Part shown: positions 28,180 through 40,792 of the stretch, one piece after another
How the letters are laid out: each line of letters starts with the position of its first letter
How positions within the stretch are numbered: position 1 is the first letter of the stretch
Position numbers and translations under genes: made by a program
Notes under the pieces: model-generated
The model's input: the letters and a program-made list of their open reading frames with translations, nothing else
Told to the model about the DNA's origin: nothing
The model's database searches: none
Assembly: GCA_025201805.1 (NCBI GenBank)
Contig: MU619244.1
Coordinates: 278,373 to 342,372, forward strand
Source of the DNA: Parasitella parasitica NRRL 2501
Lineage: Eukaryota > Fungi > Mucoromycota
Direction: 5' to 3'
DNA length: 64,000 nucleotides

Positions 28180-29429
28180 GAAGCAGTGCCGTAAAACAGT
28201 CGTTCTATAAGATTACCCGCACTCCACCTATTATTACCATTATTATTACTATTATTACTGTAGTCATCTTGCCAGTGCTGCTGCTGCATCTGGTACTGCT
28301 GCATTTGGTGTTGTTGTTGTTGCTGCTGCTGCCACTGCCACTGCCACTGCTGTTGCTGCTGCTGCTGCTGCTGCTGCTGGTGTATAGCAGTTTTCAATAA
28401 AATTTGTCTTCGCTGCTCCATATGAGGAATGTCGTTTGCTGCCGTCGCGCTGCTCATGGTGGGGATGACCGCAGACGAAAATGTGCGTTGCTGCAACACT
28501 GGCTTTTTAAGGGGCTTCTTGTTCTTATCTATTGCTTGTTGACATCTCATCAAGCTTTCCGTCATCGGGTCTTGGTATCTACGCACGCAGCGGTATTCCT
28601 TGCCCATCTTTTCCATTTCTCTGGTGAGCCGAATCATGTTTTTAGGATGAGCAATGTTATTTTCGTCGTGAATCAGGCTCTGTTCACGCTGAAGCAGTAG
28701 CTTCTGTTGTGTGCGAGTCATACCAGATGGCTGCTGAGCAATGGCTGCAGACGCAACATTGCATATTTTCTTGCTACTGCTATTGCCGCTGCTGTGTTCA
28801 ACAAATTGAGACTTCAGCAAGGGCTTCTTGGGATTGTTGATGGTGCTGGTGCTGGTGCCAGTGGGGGTAATGGTGGATTTCTTATCAGGCAGTACCAGGC
28901 TGTCTGCTGTAACATGAAGTGGCTGCTCCACAGGCGCTGCTGGTATTGTATGTGAAACGTGAAATGTGGGCTTTTTATCCAAAGGAGCTGTTGCGGTTGA
29001 AGGTGGTGTTGTGGGGGGAGACTGTGGCGATATCACCTCTTTCACCACTTGCTCTTCTTGCTCTTCTTGCTCTTCTTGTTCCTTGCTTGTAGTGTTGGCA
29101 GTGTTGTCAACAGCAGGTGTAAGGCCTGCCATCCCCACCTTTCGCTCCTGCGATGGGAGACGGGTCAGCGACTTGTTTGATTGCGATCTCTTGATTGGCT
29201 TGCGCTCGTCGCTCTCTTCATTATTGTTGCTGCCGTGAGCTTTTGCCATGGGGGCCAGCTTGGATACATGGACTCTGCCGCTGGAGCGTCGTTTGACATG
29301 ATGTCTAGTGGCCCTCTTGCTATTGGCGGCTGTGGTGGCAATGGTACCTGTGCTGGTTGTAGGCGACGGAGGGAGCTCTCCTACTGCGAATTTTTTGGGC
29401 TTTTTGATCTGCTCGTCATTTAGCGTCAT
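28176..29429 (-). CDS. Tco89-like (TORC1-associated) low-complexity protein
   Basis: 417-aa ORF with MTRTQQKLLLQRE...REMEKMGKEYRCVRRYQDP, matching the SRTQQKLxLQR...EYxxVRRxxxP Tco89 block; poly-Q tail. Confidence 0.65.
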   Translation of the reverse strand: MTLNDEQIKKPKKFAVGELPPSPTTSTGTIATTAANSKRATRHHVKRRSSGRVHVSKLAPMAKAHGSNNNEESDERKPIKRSQSNKSLTRLPSQERKVGMAGLTPAVDNTANTTSKEQEEQEEQEEQVVKEVISPQSPPTTPPSTATAPLDKKPTFHVSHTIPAAPVEQPLHVTADSLVLPDKKSTITPTGTSTSTINNPKKPLLKSQFVEHSSGNSSSKKICNVASAAIAQQPSGMTRTQQKLLLQREQSLIHDENNIAHPKNMIRLTREMEKMGKEYRCVRRYQDPMTESLMRCQQAIDKNKKPLKKPVLQQRTFSSAVIPTMSSATAANDIPHMEQRRQILLKTAIHQQQQQQQQQQQWQWQWQQQQQQQHQMQQYQMQQQHWQDDYSNNSNNNGNNRWSAGNLIERLFYGTAS

Positions 29430-30371
29430 TTTGAATTGAAAAAAGTTGCGAATGATGGGAGAAAAGAAAGTGTTAATGTTGAAGTGACCATTTGTACTTT
29501 TTTTTTTTTTTTATTCATTTTCCAGTGAATAACGAATTATATCTGCATGCTAAACTAAGAAATTTTCGTATGATATAAATATGTTCTTTTTTTTACGATT
29601 TTTTTTTTTTCTTCTTCCTCTTTTTTTTTTCCCTTGATGATATAATTGTTCAACATTTCAAGAAGGATTTGTCATTTTTGGGAAGCCGCCTCTGGTTTGC
29701 TAAACGGCCTACATAGATGTTAATTCAAGCATCCAGGGGGTGAATTTCATTTTATTGCATTTGGATTGCTACAGTGCCTCCGGAGAAGCCGCGTATATAA
29801 ACAGAAGCTCAATCCTCGTGGATTTCCAAGTGAGCTAATGCAAAAATTAGAGTCAGGCGATAAATGATGATTTCCAGTAACAGCTTGCGAATATACTGAG
29901 GTAAGTTAGCCACAAGATACCATGTACATATGTGTGTTTGAGACCATCATTTACATTCTCTGTGAGAGCCTCTGAGTTTCTTTATTGCGTTTGAGATCAT
30001 CCCATCCACAGAAAAATAGAGCGTGATGCAACTAGTTGTCTTGGCAACAGTATTGTTAGTAAAAGATTTTATTGTGGTTTCGGAAAACCCAATGCACATA
30101 TAGCCAAGATTACCCAAATGAAAGAGTGTCCCAAACTGCAATGTGCTCCAGTGCTCAATGGCTTTACAACGACGCACACCCAAAGACTCAAGTATATGTA
30201 TATATATATATATATATATGTATGTATGGAATACTAAATTTGCTTGATTTGTTTATTTAAAAGTACATGATATTTGACCTGTTGATGAATGAAATCTCAA
30301 AATTTCATTTTTGACTCCTTACACTAGGCCACCCCTTCATTGCTCGATCTCCATTGATCTTGGGATATCGT

Positions 30372-30443
30372 TCACTGCTGGCATGACGGTTGTAAAAAGC
30401 AACTGGAAGACCGCTGGCTTTGGTCCCCGTTTAGATGATGCTG

Positions 30444-30482
<39 letters not shown>

Positions 30483-31250
30483 CTGCTGTTTCTGCTGTTC
30501 GTTTTCTACTAGATATTGCTTCAGCATCTTTTGCGCCATGATTTTACCTCGTAATCTGTCGCATGTCGCCTTCAAATGGCTGTTTTCGTGCTGAATATGA
30601 TCCAGCTGGCGCAATAACAACTCATTTTCCTTTGTTAATGAAGAAATCATTGATCTCATTTCGCCGTACTGCTGGTTTTTCTTGGCTCTGTATTTTGCAG
30701 ATGCTGTCTTGTTGCGCAGGCGGCGTTCATGGATAGATAAAGGCGCCTGTACAGGGTTGCTGTTGCTACTGCTGCTGCTACTGCTGCTACTGCCGTAATG
30801 ATACGGGTGATAAAAGGAAGGTGTAATGATGGGAGGCTGAGGTAAGCTGGCACTATTGGATCGGGTGCTTTTTGCTAGGATGAGATTACTGCTGCTGCTT
30901 TGGTTGGGAGATCCAGGAAACGAATAGCTTGACGACGAAGAGTAGTTGGAGAAGACTCTTGAAGGAGGGGACGAGGAGCTTGATTTAGAGCTGATATTGT
31001 CTGCAATAGGAGGGGTGATTGTTTCCGAGTGAGCCGACGAGACAGACGGAGAAGCACAGGTCAGTGAGGGCGAGCCGTTGATATCATATTCAGGCACTGC
31101 CGTACGAACAGAAGCACAAGCGGCGGACTCTTTTGATCTGCCCATAGGAGTTGTGATAGATGAGATAGCCATAGGCTTGGAATGAAATTGATCTGCGGGC
31201 AAAGACATAAACAAAGACATTTTTGTTGAAAGGAACAAAGGCATATGCAT
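30372..31250 (-). CDS. bZIP transcription factor
   Basis: ERRLRNKTASAKYRAKKNQ basic region followed by a leucine heptad (LTKENELLLRQLDHIQHENSHLK); Ser-rich N-terminus and poly-Q tail. Confidence 0.9.
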
Positions 31251-32270
31251 TGATTCCAGTTATTTTATACTCGGTTTTCTCGTGTATCAAAAAGAACGAC
31301 TATTATCGCCATCATTGACACTGCTTTATTATATATTTCACTTAAATATAAGGCCTGAAACCGAGGAATCAAGCTTTTTTCTTTTTGTTTACCTTGGGGT
31401 ATTGTGATATGAAGTTTCGAGTAGACAGATTGATAATGGTACTGGATATAATTTTTAATGGTTTATTGGCATCACTTGGTAATAAACATATGTATTTTGT
31501 TAATTATAGTTTATTCTGAAATTCGTCATGCCAAAGCATCTGTAATCCGAGATTTTTACTTTTCATGGACGGTAAAAATCTCGGTTGTCTCAAATAAAAA
31601 AAAAAAAAAAAAAAAAAAAAATGCTTCCAAACAAACTTTTAACAAGACGGATGTAGCTTAGAAAAAGAAATGTGCAATGTGAAAACGTTTGAAGGCTTTT
31701 ATTTCGTAGCTCTTAATTTCAATCTACAAATGCATGAATATTATTTGATTTTGTCAAGTGCAATACATAGTTAGCCATTCACGCTCCCAGCTATGGTTTG
31801 TTGCACAAGCTTCTTCAGGCAAGTGGCATTCTGTGCGGCTCCTCAATATCTCCATGGTTCTTCAATTGTCTCAAGATAGTACCTACAAAATTTATGCGTG
31901 TGTCATGCAGCCGCACTTTATAAGGGTGCTCGTAAGCCATGATGTTTTTCATGAAGCGTTGTTCCAGATGCAGTTTGATTCCTATCTAACTGGAGCTCCA
32001 CGTTCAAAAGTTGTCACTTCATTTTTTTTTTACAAGTGTTTTGTTAGATAAGCTTTAAGGGAAATTGGCTGATCCGAATCTTCAATGTGTGTCTCTACCT
32101 TGTTTCTCACAAAAATTCATTCTTCTTTTAATTTATCTGAATTTATTTATAACGCAATTGAAATGAATAAACTGTAGTAATGATGATATGATGATATGAT
32201 GATATGACGATGATGTGAGTGATGGATGGATGGATGTGTGTGTGTGTGTGTGTGTTCATAAATAAAGGAT

Positions 32271-33279
32271 TTAAGCTTCCTCCTCCCCACTGCCACTACC
32301 AGGGCTTTCAGATTCTTCTGCTTCGGGAGGAGGGGTAGCATCAGTGTTAGCACTCTTTTCCTTAGACTCTGCTCGCTTCTCCAGCTGCTTATTACCTTCA
32401 TCCTCTGGCTCATCCTGATCCTCAGGTTCATCTTGGTCTTCCTTTTCTTCTTCCTTGGATTTCTCTTCTTCTTCTTTCTTTTCTTGCTCTTCTTGATCTT
32501 GCTCTTCTTGATCTTTCTCTTCACCTTCTTCACTTTCTTCGCTATCTTCTTCCTTTTTCTTGCCAGCACCAGCACCAGCACCAGCACCAGCACCAGCACC
32601 AGCACTACCGGTAGCGGCGGTGCCGGTAGCAGCATAACCGGGAGGAAGTAAGCCATTATAACCATAGTAACCGGGAGTTGCAGCGGGACCAGTAGATCCG
32701 GGAGGCAGCAATGCTTGAATAGCAGGAGGAATCTGGGTTCCAGGAGGAGAAGGAGGAGGAGGAGGACAAGCGGTGCCAACGCAATCATTGGAAGGAGGAT
32801 GTGGAGGAGGAGGAGGAGTAGGACAAGGCGAGCCACCGCTGATACAAGGATCAACTGAAGGAGGTGGACAGGGCATTCCATTGCAACCGTTAGCCATGGG
32901 AGGAGCATTATTAATATAATAATACTGTGGTTGAACTTGCGGTGCTTGGTCAGAGGCCTCCTGAGCAACTAAAAGTTTGGTGAATTCTGTAATCACTTTG
33001 GAAATTTCCTCTTTTTGCTGTTTCTCCTTATTGGGCTGCATTCGCTTCTCAATGACTGAACGACGATACAACTGACGGCCTCTTAATAAGCCTCGATTGC
33101 TGATAATCTGCTGTTCGTTTGATCTAAACAAGTAGGTATTAGTTACATCAATTGGCTATAGACATTATTATCGAGTATTTCTATTACCGAAAGCTGTTGT
33201 CTGTACTGGGGGCGCTATCGGCGAGTACAACGGCAACAGCCATTGAAAGGGTAAAAGTAAGAATAGAAGTAAGTCTCAT
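32271..33279 (-). CDS. Secreted Pro/Cys-rich, Gly-Ala-repeat, acidic-tail protein of unknown function
   Basis: Exon 1 from ATG 33279 encodes signal peptide MRLTSILTFTLSMAVAVVLA. A GT..AG intron joins it in frame to the 286-aa ORF (RSNEQQ...). Confidence 0.75.
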
Positions 33280-34022
33280 GTCTATACGTATATAATATAA
33301 GAAAAGAAGAAAGACTCGATGAATTCAATTGATTCAACCTGTCTATTTTATACATGAAATTTGACATGTATATCAATGGAAGTATTAAAAAAATCAAGGG
33401 ATAAAGCATATTTCCACCCTGCCCTGAAAATCTAAAATGAATACATTTTCTTTTCAAACGTGCAGCTTGTTTATAAACATCACTCCTTTATCTTGTATTG
33501 ATATTTTAATAAATTAAAAAATTAAATGCTGATATTATGTACCATTAAATAATGTATTTTTTTTTTTTTAGTGAGTATATGAAAATCCAAATATATGTGT
33601 TTTGTCGCCAAAAAAAGCAGTGCAAAAACAAGAAAATGTTGTCCATTGATCTCCAATCTTCATACCTCATGTATTTCGCATCTAAAAAATGTACATGAAA
33701 TAGCCACAATATATATGCATACATCATAGCACACATATTGACACACATGCACTTGCAAGAGCACAGACAGATTGTATCATGATATATAAGTTTAATAACA
33801 AGAGAACAAGAAGGAAATGATATATACAAGTACATGTCGTATAGAGGGCACAAGTGGAAAAAAAAAAGTTATAATTATACACATAAAGATTGCTTCTCTT
33901 GTTTGAGAAAAATGTTGTTACAAACTGTAAAAAAAAAAAGGGTGAGTTCTACAGCTTTATCCATGTTTTGCTGCCGATTCCGCGTATCTGAGAAGCCCCT
34001 GAAGGTATTGCATCTGTCGTAT

Positions 34023-34898
34023 TCATAAAGAATTGACAGCTTCCTCTAATTTGACGGTCTTCCTCTTTTGTCTTGGCATTATATCATGTTGCTCTTGTTT
34101 TCGAGATATGGAGCCCTTGCCGATGGAAGCATATTTGATAAAGGTCTTCTTGCCCTTCTTTATTGAGGGGTAGTTTTTGCTCTTCTTTTTCGGTTTTGCA
34201 GAAGCAGAAGGAATGTTGTGTTGCATCTCTGTGGAAAAATAAGAACAAGAAGAAGAAGACGGCGAAGAAAGAGGAGGCGATGGGAGCGATGCTGCATATT
34301 GCTCGAGATAGATATGGTTGCCATACGAAGAATTTCTGGGAGGAATGACGGGCAATGGTGGCAGTTCCTTGTCTGTATTATCTGGTAAAGGCTTGATGAG
34401 GGCCGCCAAGGCAATCATTTGAGCTTCCAATGAAGGAGACTATTATGAGTGCAGTTTTAGTGGTTTGCTACCCGTATGGAATTCACAGCGTGTCTTTACA
34501 TACCTCTGTATAGCCATTTTCCATGTCATCTGTGTAACTCTTTGAGCAGGTCAAATGCTATCAATTCCATGCATTAGCATTATGCGCTTGAGCATTGATA
34601 CAAATGTGTTTAATGTATTTACCTTGAAATTAGTAGGCTTTCCAATGATGCTTTTGGTGACAATAACTTTTTTATATTTGGATTTCTTTGGGGATTTCTT
34701 TGGCGTTTTGGCCTTTTTCATAGGATTTAGAAAGCCATTATCCTTTAAAATTGACACTTTTGACTCGTTGTGCTTGTCTTTATTGAGTTCAATGAGCTTA
34801 CGCTGAGAAGATATCTCCTGCATATCGCCAGTGGTTTGGCTGATTTTATTGCGCAAGTTTAAGCCAAAAGTCTTGGTTTTCGAGGCAGAATTACCCAT
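34023..34898 (-). CDS. Small protein with N-myristoylation-type start and partial CRIB/PBD motif, 3 exons
   Basis: MGNSASK start; IIGKPTNFK|HLT CRIB-like motif across an intron; in-frame splicing to SPSLEAQMIAL...LPPLPVIPPR. Confidence 0.6.
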
Positions 34899-35786
34899 TT
34901 AGAAGATAGTGTGTGTATATAAAGAAGAGAAAGTGTAAGAGAGAGAATTGAAGAAAAACGACTAAACAATGGTCTTGTATGCGTGTTGCCACCATTTTAT
35001 CTGATTGCTTTGTTACTTATTATGATACCTTTGAAAAACAATCAAATTTACTTTTATAGAGGCTGGCATAAACATTGCAATGACAATGAAGCCCGCAGCT
35101 GCTGCTTTCTTTGAAACTCCTCATCTGACCAGCTATGCTTATATCAGTAACTTAAGTGTTTTTATTCATAATCTTTTTATCCATGAATAGACTGTAAAAG
35201 ACAAAATAATATCAATGAGATATCTGGTATACACATTGAAATTTTTTTAAAAGAAAAACCACATGTTTTAGCCGTTTTGGAATGATGATTTTTTTTTTTT
35301 TGTAAAAAAAAAATCGGTATGTTATTGTCGTTGTTGTTGTTCTATTCAAATATATATGTATTTTTTTTTTTTTTGCCTCAGGGTTTACTAATCAAGTTTC
35401 TCGTTATACTACACACATATGATCGTTCATATATTACCTAGCATGAGGGCAGTGCCTTATTATACGGTAGTCTGATGCAATTACTTCTTTTGTCTTCTAA
35501 CGGTGACTAGTCTACATTCGCAAGCACTTTTTTAATTGTTGTCATTGTAACCAAACATCTCTGCCCTACTGCACGACTAGCCAATGTTACACACAAGCAT
35601 GAACGTAATACGGTATAAAACGCTGCAAACACAAGCTATCGGGCTATTCCAGTACCAGCCATAAATAGGAGATACTTGGAAGGTTCAATCTATCTGCCTT
35701 TAAAGTTGAATTGATTCAATAATTCTTCTTCTTCCTGTCTCTTTCTCGATCAACACTTTCTTCTTAAAAAAAAACAAAAAAAAAAA

Positions 35787-38161
35787 ATGGTCTTTTCCTA
35801 TGTTGGGCAATTGCCAAAGAGATGGAGGCTGTTTATTCTTTCCTTATGTTTCATCTTAATATTGGGGCAAATGTGGATGTTGAGAGGCTCGTCTTCCAAA
35901 TTACCCCTGGATGGGGAAGTCAATTTATCTCCACAATCAGAAACGGCTGTATCAACGCCACCAGCGCCGCCAGCACCGCCAGCGCCAAAGCAGAATATCC
36001 TGTTGGGATTTGGCGGATTCTCGTCTAGATTGCCCCAGATGCAGCATGATTTTGGACCAGAACCATTAGCATACACTCAGCTGAGAGAAAGAAGAAGAGA
36101 GTCTGTCAAGAAATCATTTCTCCATGGCTGGAGAGGCTACAGTAAGGCAACAAAAAAAAAAAAACGCAGGGCTAAACAGACTATTCATTCGTCTTAGGAA
36201 AATACGCTTTTGGACACGACGAGCTGAGGCCGTTGTCGAACAAGCCCAAAGATCCGTTCGGCGGATGGGGAGCAACCATGATTGATGCATTGAGCACCCT
36301 AGCGGTGATGGAACTACAGGACGAATTCCTTGGAGTGATGCCCCATTTGCACCGGATCAACTTTAAAGTCGACGAGAACGTCAGCGTCTTTGAATCCACC
36401 ATCCGTTACTTGGGCGGCTTCCTCAGCGCATATGAATTGACAGAGAGGAAACAAGACGTGTTGCTTCAAAAAGCGGAAAAACTAGCGCAGGAGCTGCTGC
36501 CTGCTTTTGATACGCCATCAGGGCTTCCGCACCATCTCTGGAACCCAGTACAGTAAGTTTTGTATTACCTGTGTGTGTGTGTGTGTGTGTGTGCGCCAGA
36601 CGTAAATATTTATGCGTTCAAATGTTTTCTCCTGAAAGAAACAAGCCAAATAACCACGAAACCCTGATTGCGGAAGTAGGCACAGTGCAGCTTGAATTCA
36701 TGATGTTGTCACAGCTTACAGGCAACCCCATCTATGGCAAAAAGGTAGTGGTTTGTGTACTTGCCGAGCAACGATTTGTATTTACGTGGCATGAAATAGG
36801 CACAAGCAATCACTGATTTCTTGGAAAAAATGGGATATGAGCACGGCATTTACATCAAGGGGCTGTTTCCAACAACGATGGATACCCACAAAGGACGATT
36901 TAAAGATGGTATGTGTATGCTACACTGTAAAACTCTCGACTAATCTGATTGCTGCTATACGGCATGCAGCTACGACAACGTTTGGAGCAATGGGAGACAG
37001 TGCGTTTGAGGTATGCATGTACAGTTTATGAGCAAGCAAGCGTGAAAACTGACTGCTGTTCTGTAGTATTTCTTGAAGCAGCACCTGCTAGTTGATGGCA
37101 TCATTCCACAGTATGGACGAATGTGTAAGTATATAGGCCTTGGCTTGGCTTTGCAAGACCGATGCTAATATAGCTGTATGATAACAAATAGACACCCAAT
37201 CCATCAGAAGCATGAAGCAGTACATGCTCCGCCAAATCCCTGGATACGACATGTTGTTGTTGCCGCCTTTCAACACACAAACCGAGACTCACAAAAACAC
37301 AATGGATCATTTAACCTGCTTTGTACCTGGTATGCTAGCGATGGGTGCAAAGACCTTCAACGAGCCCGAAGACATGCAGATTGCAAAAGGCCTTTTGGAG
37401 ACATGTGTGTTTATGTATCGTACAACAAGGACGGGCTTAAGTCCAGAAAACTGGGTGGTGTCCAAAACAGAAGCGTACAATCCCTTGACGTTCAACAAGA
37501 CCAAAGACGAGCTCACATCAATGAGAGACTGGTGGTACAATAGCGGACTGCAGAATCCCTTGATTAAGCAGCCATCAAACGAGTCATTCCCTTTAGCGCA
37601 AGAAACTAGAGACGCAGAAGAGGAGCAAATTATTGTCAAGGAAAACGACGAAAAACAGGAATATGCTGTTGACTATACGCTTGCGCCTGCGAGGGAAAGG
37701 CCCGAGTCGCTGTTTTTTGGGGATAAAAGATACATTTTGCGGCCAGAAACAGTGGAAAGCCTATTTATACTCTACAGGATCACAGGGGATCAAAAATATC
37801 AGGTACCAAGTGTTTGTTAGAGTTGGTAATACGATGTTGACATCTAGCACTGTAGGAATATGGCTGGGAGATATATCAGGCCATTGAAAAGCACTGCAAA
37901 ACAAAGAGTGCGTATGCTACCGTTCGCCATGTAGACAGAGCAACGGACGACATTGCGGACGGGGACGAGAACAACCAGGAGCCCGCGGAAGGGTTCAATC
38001 AGATCGACTCTATGGAGAGCTTCCTTTTTGCCGAAACGTTCAAATATCTGTATCTCTTGTTCAGCCCCCCAGAGATCATTTCTCTAGATAAGTTTATATT
38101 CAACACGGAAGCACATCCATTCATTCGTCGACAATGGAATTGGGATAAAATCTTAAAGTAA
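35787..38161 (+). CDS. Class I alpha-1,2-mannosidase (GH47), type II membrane, multi-exon
   Basis: N-terminal TM; FLHGWRGY, GHDELRP, GWGATMIDAL, VFESTIRYLGG, AEVGTVQLEF, GAMGDSAFEY, MDHLTCF, YILRPETVES, MESFLFAETFKY, FNTEAHP. Confidence 0.95.
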
Positions 38162-38414
38162 TTGTATAGTATTATTAAATTGGTTTTTTTCTGCATGTCT
38201 TTTGATAAAAATAGCACCAGATCATATGAAGATAGTTACCCCCCCCTCCTATTTTTTTTTTTTATCAGTTTACTATTAAAAAAAAATATGCCGCCATTTT
38301 TTGTTTTATGTACGAATTATTATTGTCAATATGGTATTATCAGGAAATTAATATCCATTCGTTAAATATGGCTTTATGGATAGCAGAGTGAAAAGTAATT
38401 AAAGTCACTGAAAA

Positions 38415-40163
38415 TCATGATGATTGTCCTGACGTGTCTAGCAATAATATGCTTCCATTAGGCAGCAGCTCACCTATCACACCTGTGGCATACCATCCAT
38501 CAGACCGTTTAACATTCATCGTGGCTGGCACGTTGTTCCAGTAGCCTGCAAATACTGTATCGCCGCAAACGTAGATTTCGCCTCTTGGATTGGGCAGGTC
38601 CTCTGCCGTATAACCCTCCTTTTCGACATCAACCAACTTTGCGTGTATAGAAGCTAAAGGCGGACCAACTACTCGCTTGTCTAATGCATAGTCAAAGACG
38701 GACGTTGTCATCATGTTGGAGCTCGTCTCTGGACGACTAAATGTTTTGAGCACCTGAACACTGAGAACTGATCTGTAAAACGATCCAAGGTCTGATTTGG
38801 GCGTATCGTCATCGTCCAGGTACAGCATGCGGATGTTGGCGCCAAATAGATGCATTTTGATATCGCGAAACACAAGCATGTCGTAGATGCATTCGGAAAC
38901 CAGCCTTCCCTGTTTATGGTACCTGTCTTTTCTGTCTAAAGCTCGTTTGAAAAGGAAAGAGTTGCCATATTTGTTGACTATCAGCTTCTGTACCTGCTTC
39001 AAAAATGGAGCACCACTGGGATTTATACACGTAAAAAAATAAAAAAATAAAAATGAGCATTCATTGAAATAGTCTATTGCGTCTTTGTGTGGTAGTACCT
39101 TGCATATACGGTTGGCTTCAACTCTCTGATGGTTGCCAGTACCGACATGACATCCACATTATATTCGTTCAATAGCACCTTGTCCTCAAATACTATCGAT
39201 CCTCCTGCAAAGCAAGTAGTTGCTTGGAGAACATACCCAAGCACATCGTCTATTTTGTGTTATTGAGATGTAAGAATCAAACACTTTTTTTTGAACTACC
39301 TATAGTATAACTGTGCATCAGCCTGTCTTTTGACGTAATCTTATGACTCATTTGTGTATGAAAAAGGTTGTTTGCTATTGTCGATTGAATAGTTTGTTCA
39401 CAGGCCCAGTCAAAAAATGTGGTACTTACATATAGCAGATACGAGGTTCTACACAACTAGACTTTAGAACAAGGCTTTTGGTTTACATGTGTAGAAATGC
39501 ATTTTGCTTTACCTTGTGAGTTAGCACTGCGCCAAGTGATTTATCATCATCTTGGTCATTGGCATCTGTTATCTACATAAACACCTATAAGGTAATCTGA
39601 TCATGTCATATGATTTTCGGTTGTACTTACAATCTTCTGCGAATTGGTGTTGTAGTATATGCTTGCCATTGAGTTGGTTGCTATTTAATAAACGCTGTTA
39701 CGAAATCAAACTCTGTAGTGTTATGAGTTGTATATCCTTACAGATATCGAGGGATCTATCAACGAGGTTTTCGTTTCCTATAAGCTGCAATTGATTTAGG
39801 CAAGTTATACTGAACCCATAACTTTTCTCCAGCTCCGAGTAGTCTGCGTCTTGTTCCTCGTCGATGACTATAATATGCTTGACGGTACTCTCTTCCAGAA
39901 GGCACAAAATGTACTCTAAATGAGTTTCGTCGATCACTAAAGTTGTAAGCTTTGTGTTGCGGACCACATGCATGATATGTGATGATATGGCCTGAGCGGC
40001 AATGGGAATTGTCACCAGACCACCCCAATGGCAAGCTAGATCACAAAATAATTAGTTTCTCCCAACTATTGGGAATAAGCATGTTTTAGTTACCCATTTC
40101 AACCAAAAATGTGTCTATTAGGTAGATCCCCAACGAAAACAACATGCGACGTTAGAACTTGTT

Positions 40164-40210
<47 letters not shown>

Positions 40211-40792
40211 ATGCATACCTGGAGAGGTCGAAGCATATATTCCTACAAAGGAGGATTCCATTTCTGTAGATGGCTCCAATTCGGCTTTGTGGATCAGACC
40301 TGAATAAATAGACTGGATTTTCTCGAGAGATTTGTCTACGGATACACGTAAATCTACACATGCGGCGATTTCTAAAACTCTACAATATACACGTACCATA
40401 AGTGTGCTTTTTGGAAAAGGGGTAAAAGGTTAGCTTCGGTTTAACATTGGGCCTTTGAATATGTCATTTACCCAAGTAACGCCCTTTTTTGTTAATCCTC
40501 GAGCACCCAGAAATTTGTTGCTCTGATATTTGCTCAAGGCAGCTTGATAGAGTTCGCTCAACGTGTAGATAGGTCGATCTCCTTTTACAAGTTTTGGCGC
40601 CCCTTTTGGGTAGACTTTTGATTTGATGATTGCACTTTCCCCTGGAATTTTCTCGGTTGAAAATTCGCTTTGATTGTTCAGCACGGACGGGTGCACATCG
40701 GGATATTTTCCATTCTGAAGTATGATCATTGATGCCGCGCCAAAGAGTGTCGTCAAAAGGAAATAACTTAAAGTACTTGATTCTATTGTCAT
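38415..40792 (-). CDS. Long-chain acyl-CoA-synthetase-like (ANL/AMP-binding fold) protein with degenerate catalytic motifs
   Basis: N-terminal TM and PDVHPSVLNNQS..PGESAI; GAVLTHK; VGPPLASIHAKLVDV..GY..EDLPNPRGEIYVCGDTVFAGYWNN..DGWYATG. Many introns, so internal exon boundaries are approximate. Confidence 0.75.

Noticed and set aside
32147-32968. 273-aa alternative-frame ORF with hydrophobic and Lys-rich runs
   Set aside because: A shadow frame of the low-complexity secreted-protein gene.
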